Positions 29,720 to 39,490 of a stretch of 64,000 bases of DNA are shown piece by piece (within the stretch, counting starts at the first letter, position 1; every line of letters begins with the position of its first letter). Made by a program: the position numbers and the translations under genes. Source of the stretch: Myxococcota bacterium (GTDB lineage: Bacteria; Myxococcota_A; Polyangia; Nannocystales; Nannocystaceae); assembly GCA_039028615.1 (NCBI GenBank), contig JBCCHT010000022.1, positions 147,026-211,025 of the forward strand, in the 5' to 3' direction. The notes under the pieces were generated by a model, which made no database searches, was not told the DNA's origin, and saw only the letters and a program-made list of their open reading frames with translations.

Positions 29720-32700
29720 TCAGCCGCCCTTGCGGACCTTGGCGTGGGCGTTCCACCAGCCCTTCTTCGCCAGCTTGCTGCGCGGGTTCACCTTCTTGGC
29801 GTCCGCATACGTCGCCTTGGACTCCGCGTAGCGGCCGAGGTCGTACAAGGCCTCGCCGCGGAGCAACAACCCGCGCAGGTCCTCGGATTCCATCGCGAGG
29901 ATTTCGTCGGCGATGGCCAGCGCCCGCTCGGCGTTGCCCGACCGCGCCCATACCTTGCCTTCGTGCCGCAGCGCCTCGAGCAGCCCTTCGCGGGCCTCGG
30001 CGTTGTCCGGCCACACGGAGGACAGGTCGCGGTAGGCCGCGCTCGCGTCGCTCCAGACCTTGCGGCGAAGCCCTCGCTCGCCCTTGGGTAGCAGCTGGTC
30101 GGCGGCCGCCCGTCGGAAGCGGGTCAGCGCCTCGTGCCCGGGGTCGATCAACGCCAGGTTCGCCAGCGCGAGGGCGAGGCTCTTCTCCGGCGGATCCCGC
30201 CAGTGCGACGCCGCCAGTGCGGCCTCGGCCTGCGCCACGAGCTCTTCGGCGGTCACCGGTCCAGCCGGGCGGGCGGGCGGAACGACCTCGGGGCCCTGAA
30301 TCTGCTCTTCGCCCCCGCTCTCGTCGTCGCTCAGGATGAGCTCGTCACCAGTATCGCCGGAGTCCTCGGGGAGCACGACGAGGTCGGAGCCCGTGTCCGC
30401 GTCGACCACCGCGGCCTCGACGGGCGCGGGCTCGGGCGCAGGAACGGTGGTGGGCGGCGTGGGGGTCGGTGCCGCTTCGACGCCGCGCTCCTCGGGCCGG
30501 TCCTCGCGCGGAGGATCGCCGTTGAGCAGGCGCCCGAAGATGTCCGGGCTCAAGGCCAGCAGCACCGCCGAGGCGAGCAGGCCCCCGAGCAACACGAACG
30601 CGAGCGCCTTGACGCCGCCCGCCATGCCGCCGCGGGTCTGCCCGGTGGTGGTCGCGACCACGGGGGTGGGCGCAAAGGAGGTGGACGGCAAGGCGGCGGA
30701 GAACGACGGGCCCGAGGGGCCCCGCGGCGCGGGAGCGACCAGCGTGCGCTCTTGCTTGGGTCGCGCGGCCACCTGGGTCATCTCGCGGCGCTTGTAGGGC
30801 TGCGTCTGCATGTCCAGCGACGCGATCGCAGCGCGATGGAAGCTGGCCGAGGCGGCGGGCGAGGGATCGTCGGCCGAGGGCTTCGGGCCGCTGTCCCCTT
30901 CCATGTTGAGCCCGAGCACGGCCGCCACCGCGGTGGCTCGCCCGTCCACCGCACGAGTGAGCTCGTACTCCAGCGCCCGCATGGTGGGCGGTCGATCTTG
31001 AGGCGACCGCATCAGGCACCGGGCGAGCACCGAGGCCAACGCATCGGGCACCTCGGGCCGATACTCGGTGACCCGGTCGGCCTCGCGCGCGCCCTTTTGC
31101 ATGAGCACGTCGATGGCGTTGCGCCCCTCGAAGGGCAGCCGCCCCGCCAACATCTCGAACACGATGCAGCCCACCGCGTAGATGTCGGAGGACACGGTGG
31201 CCTCGAGCCCCGCGCCCTGCTCGGGCGCCATGTAGTCGGGCGAGCCCATCACCACCCCGGGCGAGGTCTGCCGCGAGTCGGCCCCGTTGGTCTTGCAGAT
31301 GCCGAAGTCGAGGACCTTGACGAAGTCGGGGTCCTTGCCGCGCGAGGTCAGGATGACGTTGTCGGACTTGAGGTCGCGATGGATGATGCCGACCTCGTGG
31401 GCGGCCGCCACCGCGCGGCAGATCTGGCGAGCGATGTGCACGGCCCGGCGCACGGCCAGCGGCCCTTCGGTCCCCACCACGTCGCCGACGTTGCGCCCCT
31501 CGAGCAGCTCCATCACGAAGTAGACGTCGTCGTCCTCGGTGGTCCCGATGTCGACGACGTCGATGATGTTGGGGTGCCCGGTCTGGGTCGCGGCCCGGGC
31601 CTCCTTCTGGAAGCGAGCGACGATGTCGGCGTCGCGGGTGTAGACCCGGTGCAGGATCTTGAGGGCGAAGGTCTTGCCGAGCGACAGGTGCTTGACGCGG
31701 AACACGGCCCCCATGCCGCCGATACCGATGATGCCTTCGATGCGATAGCGCTTGCCGACGATCTGGCCCACCCAGGCCTTGGCCGCGTCGCGAAGGTTGT
31801 CGCTGCTGGTGCCCCAGACCCGCCGCGCCTGCGACAGCTCCACGACCTCGGAGTCGCGCAGGGGCATGGTGCCGAGGGAGTCTTCGTCGGCGGCGGCCAC
31901 CAGGGCCTCGCTGATGCTGATCGCGCTGCTGTGCTCGGCCGCCTGGCGCAGCGAGGAGAAGTCGCGCTGCGACAGCGCCGTGATGTCGCGCCCCTCGAGC
32001 TTGTACTCGCGCGCAAAAATCTCGCGCATGAACTCACCGACGCGGTCGGCGTCGCAGCCGGGGAAGTGCTCGCTCAGCACCTTGCTCAGCGCGGCCCGAA
32101 ACTCGCCTGCGTTCTGGTAGCGCTCGCGAGCATCCTTGGCCAAGGCGCGCAGGATGACGGCATCGAGCCCCTCGGGGATGCCCGGCACCAGACCCGAGGG
32201 CGTCTTGACCTTGGGATTGCGAACCGCCGCCAGCGCCTGCTGGTGGCTCCGGCCCGCGGAAGGAAAGAGCTGGCGCCCGGTGAGCAGCTCCCACAGCACG
32301 ATGCCGCAGGCGTAGATGTCGGTACGCCGATCGGCGGGCAGGCCCTTGGCTTGCTCGGGCGCGAGGTAGCTGTAGCGGCCGAACACGACGCCGGGGCTGG
32401 TCATCTCGCGCTTGATGGCGCTCTTGGCCAGGCCGAAGTCGGTGAGCTTCACTTCGCCACGGTAGCCGACCAGCAAGTTGGGCGGCGAGATGTCGCGGTG
32501 GACCAGCTCGAGCGAGAAGGCGTCATGAGCGTACTCGAGCCCACGAAGAATCTCGCGGATGACGAAGATGGCGACCTCGACCGGGATGCGGCGGTGGAGC
32601 TTGGCGCAGCGATTCCACACCGCGCGGAGGTCCTTGCCCTCCACCAGCTCCATGGCGAGGTAGTACTCGTCGTCGATTCGACCGGCGTCGAAGACCTGCA

Positions 32701-32971
32701 CGAGGTTGGCGTGGTTGAGCCGCACCACGACCTTGGCCTCGTCGAGGAAGCGCCGATGCACGCCCTGGTCCTCCACGCTGTGGAGCACCTTCTTGACGAC
32801 GCACATCTTTTCGAAGCCGCCGGTCTCGCCAGCGGCGGTGAGGAACAACTCCCCCATGCCGCCGCGGGCCATCGGGCGCACCAAGACGTACTTGCCAAAA
32901 ACCTTGGGGAATCCCCTCGATTCGGCCTCATTGCCGGTCGTCGTCCGAGCCTCCCCCTGCGAGCTTGACAC
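29720..32971 (-). CDS. Ser/Thr kinase with two kinase domains, a TM segment and C-terminal TPR
   Basis: Domain 1: ARGGMGEL, HRDISPPN, DFG, YLAPE. Domain 2: GIGGMGAV, HRDLKSDN, DFG, YMAPE. Confidence 0.93.
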   Translation of the reverse strand: MSSSQGEARTTTGNEAESRGFPKVFGKYVLVRPMARGGMGELFLTAAGETGGFEKMCVVKKVLHSVEDQGVHRRFLDEAKVVVRLNHANLVQVFDAGRIDDEYYLAMELVEGKDLRAVWNRCAKLHRRIPVEVAIFVIREILRGLEYAHDAFSLELVHRDISPPNLLVGYRGEVKLTDFGLAKSAIKREMTSPGVVFGRYSYLAPEQAKGLPADRRTDIYACGIVLWELLTGRQLFPSAGRSHQQALAAVRNPKVKTPSGLVPGIPEGLDAVILRALAKDARERYQNAGEFRAALSKVLSEHFPGCDADRVGEFMREIFAREYKLEGRDITALSQRDFSSLRQAAEHSSAISISEALVAAADEDSLGTMPLRDSEVVELSQARRVWGTSSDNLRDAAKAWVGQIVGKRYRIEGIIGIGGMGAVFRVKHLSLGKTFALKILHRVYTRDADIVARFQKEARAATQTGHPNIIDVVDIGTTEDDDVYFVMELLEGRNVGDVVGTEGPLAVRRAVHIARQICRAVAAAHEVGIIHRDLKSDNVILTSRGKDPDFVKVLDFGICKTNGADSRQTSPGVVMGSPDYMAPEQGAGLEATVSSDIYAVGCIVFEMLAGRLPFEGRNAIDVLMQKGAREADRVTEYRPEVPDALASVLARCLMRSPQDRPPTMRALEYELTRAVDGRATAVAAVLGLNMEGDSGPKPSADDPSPAASASFHRAAIASLDMQTQPYKRREMTQVAARPKQERTLVAPAPRGPSGPSFSAALPSTSFAPTPVVATTTGQTRGGMAGGVKALAFVLLGGLLASAVLLALSPDIFGRLLNGDPPREDRPEERGVEAAPTPTPPTTVPAPEPAPVEAAVVDADTGSDLVVLPEDSGDTGDELILSDDESGGEEQIQGPEVVPPARPAGPVTAEELVAQAEAALAASHWRDPPEKSLALALANLALIDPGHEALTRFRRAAADQLLPKGERGLRRKVWSDASAAYRDLSSVWPDNAEAREGLLEALRHEGKVWARSGNAERALAIADEILAMESEDLRGLLLRGEALYDLGRYAESKATYADAKKVNPRSKLAKKGWWNAHAKVRKGG

Positions 32972-33043
32972 GCCTCGCGCATGATAACCCGGGCTCGGGG
33001 GCATAAAGCCCCATCACCGATTCCCATCCCCGGACGCCGGCGG

Positions 33044-34378
33044 TCAGGGCTCCGATCCAGCGTGTAGCACCACGACTGGGTCGGTTGTGGCCCCCGTCAC
33101 CTCGGACGCCGACAACTCCCATTCCCGCGCTCGAGCCCGCTGCCGGGGCGGCTTCACTCGCGAAATGTAAGTTCCGGGCACGACTCGCCGGGCGCGCACG
33201 AGCCCCTGCGCATCCGTTCGCTGGCGCCGAAAAGGGCCTCCGTCGACCTGGACGTCGGGCCAGGGGTTGCCGTCGGTGTCGACCACCCGCACCGCAATGT
33301 CCATCGAGATCTCGTCGAGTCGCAGCTCGACGGTGGCTCCCGGCTCGACGCTGCCGCGCTGCAGCAGCTCGCGACCGTCCTGAATGGCCCGAAGGGTGTA
33401 GGGCCCGTCGGCGAGCCCCTCGAACGCAAACACGCCGCCCTCCGCCTCGGCCCGGTGCTGCTCGTGACGGCGCAGCTCGGAGCGCGCCAGCACGACCGCC
33501 CGGGGCAGCGCTTCGCCGGCCGCATCGAGCAATCGACCGGTGATGGCCGCCTCCGCCTCGCGCAGCACGAGCTTCACCGGGTTGTCGGCGTCGCCGACCT
33601 CTTCGAGGTCGATGTCGATCGAGCCGGGGGCAAAACCCGGGACGCGGGCGGTGATCAGCACGCGGTCGATCACGGGCAGTAGGTCGGTGTGGCAGGCCTC
33701 GCGCGCCTGCTGGCAGGGGTCGCACGGGGGCCGCTCGATCTTCGCCAGGGAAAACTCGCCGTCGGCATCGCTCGAGGTCCGCGGGCTCACCACGGGCAGC
33801 ACCGCGCCGGGGTCCTCGTCGGTCGGGGCCGCGACCACGATCTGCGCCCCCGCGACCGGCTGCCCCTGCGGGTCGACGACCTGCCCCCATAGTCGCGCCA
33901 AAGCCCGTGTCTCGAGCTCGGCCTCCACGCCGGGGCGCAGCGTCCAGGGTGCGGCGGGCACTCGCGCCGGGTGGTTCAGCTGCGGACACACGCGCCCCTT
34001 GCAGCCCGGGCCCTCGAAGTGCCCTTCCCGATCGAGCGCCACCACGCCATCGCGGATGCGCGCCACCTCGCCGTCGGCATTCAGGCACCACAGGATGAGC
34101 TGACCTTCGACCACCGCGCCGCCGTCCTCGTCGACGACGTGGCCGGAGACGCGGCCGTGTCCGGCGATGGTGACCTCGCGCGCGGCAACGGCCCCTCCGC
34201 GTCGGCCACCGGCCGCGGATCCCTTCGCCGACCCGCCATCCGCCGACGCATCGTCGTCTCCGGCACGAGCCGAACGCCGCGACGAACGATCGGCGGGGCC
34301 ATAGAGCACCCACAGCGCCGCGAGCACGGCGAGCACCGCCGCGACGAGCCCCAGCCCGCGGACTCGGGCCGAGGTCAT
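33044..34378 (-). CDS. Membrane-anchored carboxypeptidase-regulatory-like (prealbumin-fold) repeat protein
   Basis: Repeated GxVVDxxGxPVxGA...TDAxG units; ATGA overlap with the upstream phosphomutase stop. Confidence 0.8.
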   Translation of the reverse strand: MTSARVRGLGLVAAVLAVLAALWVLYGPADRSSRRSARAGDDDASADGGSAKGSAAGGRRGGAVAAREVTIAGHGRVSGHVVDEDGGAVVEGQLILWCLNADGEVARIRDGVVALDREGHFEGPGCKGRVCPQLNHPARVPAAPWTLRPGVEAELETRALARLWGQVVDPQGQPVAGAQIVVAAPTDEDPGAVLPVVSPRTSSDADGEFSLAKIERPPCDPCQQAREACHTDLLPVIDRVLITARVPGFAPGSIDIDLEEVGDADNPVKLVLREAEAAITGRLLDAAGEALPRAVVLARSELRRHEQHRAEAEGGVFAFEGLADGPYTLRAIQDGRELLQRGSVEPGATVELRLDEISMDIAVRVVDTDGNPWPDVQVDGGPFRRQRTDAQGLVRARRVVPGTYISRVKPPRQRARAREWELSASEVTGATTDPVVVLHAGSEP

Positions 34379-36198
34379 GAGTTCAATACCGAGGCCATGA
34401 TCCCCTCGGCCCGCGCCCTCGCCTCGGCGAGCACGTCGTCGACCAGGGCATCGACCTCGGTCTGCACGGCGGCGATCTGGCTGGGCTCGAGCCCGCCCTC
34501 GCTGCCCGCGAGTGCGTAGACCTTGGCCTTGGGCTCGGTGCCGCTGGGGCGCACGGTGAGCCGACACCGCGCCTTGCGGCCCCCTCGCGTGCCTTCGAGG
34601 TCGTAGAGCAGCACGTTGCCCGGAAGGTCGCGGGTGGCACTGCCCGTATCGCGGGGCAGCGAGCGATCTTCGACCCGCACCACGTCGAGGCCCCCGATGC
34701 TCGGCGGCGGATCGGCCCGCAGCTGTCGCATCAGCTCGGCGATCGCCTCACGGCCCGCCGCACCATGGGCGTACAGGTTCTCGGTGCGCTCCCGGTGATA
34801 ACCGTGTGTGCACCACACCCGCTCGAGCATGCCGAACAGGGTCAGCCCCTCGGTCTTGGCCATGGCCGCCGCCTCGACCAACAACCGGGCCGCCACCGCG
34901 CCGTCCTTGTCGTGCACGTGGTCGCCCCGCATGAAGCCGTGGCTCTCTTCGCAGCCGAAGAACACGGTCTTGTCGGGCTGCTCCGCCTGCATGCCCGCGT
35001 GGTGCTTGAAGCCCACTAGCAAGTCGTCGACGACCTCGATGCCCGCGTCGCGGGCCATGCTCCCGATGAGCGGCGTGGTGACCAGCGTGGTGAGCACCCA
35101 GCCGTTGGGCGGGCGCGAGGCGTGCCGCAGCACGTGGTCGAACATCAGCACGCCGAGGCGGTTGCCATCGATCGCGTGGAACTGGCCGTCGGCGTCCTTG
35201 GCCAGCGCGCCGAGCCGATCTGCATCGGGATCGGTGGCGATCACCAGCTCGGCGCCTCGCTCGGTGGCGAGCTGACGACCAAGCTCCATCGACGCGGGCG
35301 ACTCCGGGTTCGCGCTCTTCACCGTGGAGAAGCGTCCGCCGTCGGGGTCGCACTGGCGCTCGACCAGGTGCAGCGTGACCCCCGTGCCCTCCAGCGCAGG
35401 AACCACCGCGGTGTGCCCCACCCCGTGCAATGGAGTGAAGACGACCGAGAGCCCGGCTGCCGCCATCGGCTCGGCCGGAGCCACGCCCTGGTCGCGCACG
35501 AACTGGTGGTACGCGGCGTCGACCTCATCGAGGGACAGGCACTCGATCCGTGCGTCCGCCTCGGGGTCGAGCGGCGGCAGAGCTTCGGTCATCGCCTGCC
35601 GAATGGCCGCCATCAGCGCTTTATCGCGCGCTCCGAGCACCTGCGCGCCGTCGGGGCCGTAGATCTTGATCCCGTTGTCGCCCGGCGGGTTGTGGCTCGC
35701 CGAGATCACGATGCCCGCTCCGCAGCCGCGGTCCCGCACCACGTACGACAGCTGCGGCGTGGGCCGAGCCGCGTCGATGAGCAACACCGAAACCCCGTCG
35801 CTGGCCAGCTGCCGGGAGACGACGCGCGCGAACACGTGACTGTCGCGTCGCGTGTCGAAGGCCACCGCGACCTTCATCGGCACCCCTTCGTCGCGCATCG
35901 CCGCGACCAAGCCCCGCGCCGTCTCGCGCAGCACGATGGGGTTGATGCGATTCGGCCCCGGACCCACCAGGCCACGACGCCCCCCGGTTCCGATCGGCAA
36001 GGGCCCCTCGAATGCATCCGCCAGCGAGGCCCGAGCCTCGGCGTCCCCGTCCCGCGCTCGATCGACCTGAGCCTTCAGCTCGTCGCGGAACTCGGCGTAG
36101 GTCGGTTCGGTCAGCCACCGCACGATCGCGGCATGGGCCGGCGGTGGGACTCCGAGATCACTCGGCGACAAATCGATCGGTGCGTCGTTCTTGGACAC
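34375..36198 (-). CDS. Phosphoglucomutase/phosphomannomutase
   Basis: GTGGRRG, ISASHNP (phospho-Ser), DPDADR, GCEESHG, RPSGTEPK. Confidence 0.95.
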   Translation of the reverse strand: MSKNDAPIDLSPSDLGVPPPAHAAIVRWLTEPTYAEFRDELKAQVDRARDGDAEARASLADAFEGPLPIGTGGRRGLVGPGPNRINPIVLRETARGLVAAMRDEGVPMKVAVAFDTRRDSHVFARVVSRQLASDGVSVLLIDAARPTPQLSYVVRDRGCGAGIVISASHNPPGDNGIKIYGPDGAQVLGARDKALMAAIRQAMTEALPPLDPEADARIECLSLDEVDAAYHQFVRDQGVAPAEPMAAAGLSVVFTPLHGVGHTAVVPALEGTGVTLHLVERQCDPDGGRFSTVKSANPESPASMELGRQLATERGAELVIATDPDADRLGALAKDADGQFHAIDGNRLGVLMFDHVLRHASRPPNGWVLTTLVTTPLIGSMARDAGIEVVDDLLVGFKHHAGMQAEQPDKTVFFGCEESHGFMRGDHVHDKDGAVAARLLVEAAAMAKTEGLTLFGMLERVWCTHGYHRERTENLYAHGAAGREAIAELMRQLRADPPPSIGGLDVVRVEDRSLPRDTGSATRDLPGNVLLYDLEGTRGGRKARCRLTVRPSGTEPKAKVYALAGSEGGLEPSQIAAVQTEVDALVDDVLAEARARAEGIMASVLNS

Positions 36199-36515
36199 GG
36201 CGCGGATCTTACGCCGGAGCAGCACGCATGTTGAGGGGGCGCGGCGGAGCCAAATGCGCCACCGATATGGACCGCGCTACGACGCCGTTTAGATGGGTAC
36301 GAGCGGTCACCCCCGCGCTCGTGACATCGATCGACCTAGCGTGAAATCGACGAGCCCGGTCGTGCGTTGGGAGTCTGGCGACACGAGCCGTCCCGCGGGT
36401 CGTCGCGTCCCCGTTTTGCCCCGAGCCAAGCTCGACGATTTATGGAACACTACGAAAAGCTCGGTGTCGTGTTTTTGCTGTTCCAACCCCGGTGAGTGAC
36501 GAAGGAGTCTTCTCG

Positions 36516-39044
36516 ATGCGCCAACCTCTATATAACCGGCTGCGGCCATTCCTTCGCCGTGACCTACGGGCTCGACTCGTGTCCGCCCTGGTCACCGTGC
36601 TCGTCCTGACGGGCCTGAGTTGGCTGGGCATCTCCGCCCTGACCAACATCGACAGCCGCGAGGCCCACGAGCTACGCGTCGCGGCCGGCCTCGAGCACGT
36701 CGACGCCGTGTGTGGGACGGGCTCGCACCTTTCGGAGTGCAACTACGACGATCGCACCCAAGAAAAGGTCGACCGCGAGTTCTTCCGTCGCCGCGGCATC
36801 CGGGTCGCCATCCTCTCCGAGCTCGAGCAGCGCATCGAGATGGCCATCAGCCAGCTCGACGAGGCGGACCGCCTCCTGCAAGACATGGAGCTCGACCCCC
36901 GCACCGGGGAAATGGCCGGCGACACCGTCGCCCTGCGGGCCGCGCTCAGCGAGTCCATCATCAATGTCGCCCCGGCCACCATGAGCTCGGTCGAGGTGCG
37001 GCGCGCCCGGCTGCTCGAGCGCCTCGACGAGTTCGAGCCCGCGCCCAAGAACGCACGCGAGGTCGAGCGCCGCCTCGGCATGTTCGCCAAGGTCAACGGC
37101 AAGGACGTCGAGGTCCACCAGGACCCGACGCCGAAGGGAATCGGCTGGATCAAGGCGGATCGCCGCTCCAACATCCAGGCCAACTCCGTGCACGACGACC
37201 TGGTCTCCGCGGTGAGCTCCGAGCGCGTCGAGCTGCTCGCCGTTCGCACCCGGGTCCGAGCCATGCTCCAGCGCGACGGGGTCCGGGGCGGCGAGCGACA
37301 GCTGACCAACCGCGTCGAGCTCATCGAGAACATCGAGCGTGGGCTCGGCCAGGGCAACGACCCCAACTCCGAGCTGTTCGCTCAGCGCATCGAGGTCGCC
37401 ACCTGGCTCGCCAGCAAGGGGCACGTGGACTGGCTCGACGGCGACGCCGGGTTGGACGTGGGCGCCGCCATGATGCACAAGCCGGTCGCGACGCTCATCT
37501 CCGACTCGATGTACGACGTCGATCTCGACCTCGCCCGGGTCGCCCACAGCGACCTCGAGACGCTGCACGCGATGATCTCCGACCCCAGCCACGAGCTGTG
37601 GGCCAGCGGCTGGATCGACAGCCTCGCCGCGCGCACCACCATCCTCAAGCCGATGGTTCGCTACCGCTCGCCCATCGGCGGCGGTGAGCGCTGGCGCCTG
37701 TTCGGCGTGGTCACCTTCCTGCTCTCGGGCATCATGCTGATGCTGGTCGGTCCCATCGTGACCGCCACCTCCACCGCTCGCGAGCGCGAGGCGGGCACCC
37801 TGCCCGTGCTTCGCATGACCGGCCTGTCCGCAGGCGACCTGGCCCTGGCCATGGCCATCGGGCCCAACGTCTTCGCCCTGGTCACCGGGGCGGGCCTGTT
37901 GGTCCTGGCGCTGCCCGTGCTCGCCCTGACGGCGGGCCCGAGCGCGATGATGGTGCCGGTGGGCCTGCTGCTGCTGCTCACCGCGGCCACCCACCTCACC
38001 GCCATCGGTCTGGGCGATGCCCTCGGTCAGCGCGTCAACGCGATGGTCGTCGGCGGTCTGCTCGGCGTCGCCGTCCTGGGCCCCGGCCTGGTCGGCGCGG
38101 TCATGGTGGTCGGCGACATGGCGGCCACCGGCCTGCTGCTCGGGCCCCTGCCCGCGCTGGTGGGTGAGGCGGTCGGTATGAGCGGGCTGCCCTACGCCAA
38201 CCTGCTCGAGCACGGTCACCTCAGCTCGTCCATCCTCGGCTACACCGTCGCGGTGCAGACCTTGCTCGGCGGCCTGTGCCTGCTCAGTTGGCGACGCCGC
38301 GTCGAGCAAGCCTGGGCGCCGCTGTTCCGTCCCATCGAGGGGGCGGCGTTGGCCCTGGCCTCCGTGGGCTGCAGCGCCCTGGCCGTCTTCGACTTGTCGC
38401 AGCGGCTCGACGTCCAGACCTACGACACGGTCAACCTCATCACCTTCGTCTCCACGGCCTTCCTCATGCCCATCCTCGGGTGGCTGCTGGTCTCCAGCCT
38501 CGTTCGCCCCGCGCGAGCGAGCGCCATGGCCAGCGTGTCCGAGGTCCGACGTGCCTTCCTGCGCTTCCAGCTGTTCGTGGTGCTCACGGGCGCGGCCCTG
38601 GCCGCTGCGTATGCGCTGGTGCTCGACGGCACGCACCTGCGGGCCGAGAAGTCCGAGGTCATGTGGGCCACGCTGACGCAGGGCCTGCTCGTCGCCGAGA
38701 CGGCGGTGGCCACCCTGCTGCTGGCCTCGCGCCGTCGCAAGGGCCGGCACCGCGTGTTCTTCGTCGGCACCGCGGTCGCCCTGCTCCAGCTCGGGTTCGC
38801 GGTCGCCGTGTACAACCTCGAGGTCGAGCACGTGGCCTTCACCCAGAAGGCCGGCCTGCCCTTCATGGTCGGCATGGATGCCTCCCCGTACTGGATGGCC
38901 TTCCTGCTCGTCGCGTGGGCGGCCGGGCTCGGGCTGGTGCTCGCCGCCCTGCTCCGCGAGCGCGGCCGCGAGGAGCAGCAGCCGCAAGAGGCCGCGTCCG
39001 CTGCAGACGACGAGGTCGAGAAGGGTCGACGCTGGCTCCACTGA
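36516..39044 (+). CDS. Large membrane protein with ABC-2-permease-like region and large extracytoplasmic domain
   Basis: AAGGAG SD; N-terminal TM, ~370-aa soluble region, many TMs; AREREAGTLPVLRMTGLS resembles the ABC-2 permease loop. Confidence 0.7.
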   Translation: MRQPLYNRLRPFLRRDLRARLVSALVTVLVLTGLSWLGISALTNIDSREAHELRVAAGLEHVDAVCGTGSHLSECNYDDRTQEKVDREFFRRRGIRVAILSELEQRIEMAISQLDEADRLLQDMELDPRTGEMAGDTVALRAALSESIINVAPATMSSVEVRRARLLERLDEFEPAPKNAREVERRLGMFAKVNGKDVEVHQDPTPKGIGWIKADRRSNIQANSVHDDLVSAVSSERVELLAVRTRVRAMLQRDGVRGGERQLTNRVELIENIERGLGQGNDPNSELFAQRIEVATWLASKGHVDWLDGDAGLDVGAAMMHKPVATLISDSMYDVDLDLARVAHSDLETLHAMISDPSHELWASGWIDSLAARTTILKPMVRYRSPIGGGERWRLFGVVTFLLSGIMLMLVGPIVTATSTAREREAGTLPVLRMTGLSAGDLALAMAIGPNVFALVTGAGLLVLALPVLALTAGPSAMMVPVGLLLLLTAATHLTAIGLGDALGQRVNAMVVGGLLGVAVLGPGLVGAVMVVGDMAATGLLLGPLPALVGEAVGMSGLPYANLLEHGHLSSSILGYTVAVQTLLGGLCLLSWRRRVEQAWAPLFRPIEGAALALASVGCSALAVFDLSQRLDVQTYDTVNLITFVSTAFLMPILGWLLVSSLVRPARASAMASVSEVRRAFLRFQLFVVLTGAALAAAYALVLDGTHLRAEKSEVMWATLTQGLLVAETAVATLLLASRRRKGRHRVFFVGTAVALLQLGFAVAVYNLEVEHVAFTQKAGLPFMVGMDASPYWMAFLLVAWAAGLGLVLAALLRERGREEQQPQEAASAADDEVEKGRRWLH

Positions 39045-39490
39045 GCCCCGTCCCTCTTCCCGGGAGCCCATCGGCTCCTTCGGCGGCCCGCGATCCCCTC
39101 GGATCTCGGGCCGTCGCCCGTTTCGAAGCGGGAGCCCAGGCCGGCTTCGGCCCCCGAACGAGGCCCGCGATCACCGCAGAATGAGGCCCGGATCACCTCG
39201 ATCCCGCGTTTTTTGCGCGGGTATGAAATTGTAGGGCCGGATGCATGCAACGATCGGCAAATCGTTACGTCAACAGTGGTGCGGGGGCGCGACCCGCGTT
39301 TGAGTTCTCCGTGCAGGGTGCGTCTTTGGGTCCGTGGTGGGGCCGACGGAGAAACAGGCAATTCGGCCTTACGCGATTCGCGCCTCCGCTCATTCCTTCG
39401 AAGCCTAGTTCAGATCGCTCTCCTACCTTTCCTCTCAACAAGGGGAAACGTAAGGTGCGGTGGTCTCCCGCGCCTCGAGGAATGTCCCCA

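Noticed and set aside
36460..36480. Possible sigma54 -24/-12 promoter (GG...TTGC); a similar candidate lies near 62750
   Set aside because: GG-to-GC spacing is 12 nt rather than the required 10.
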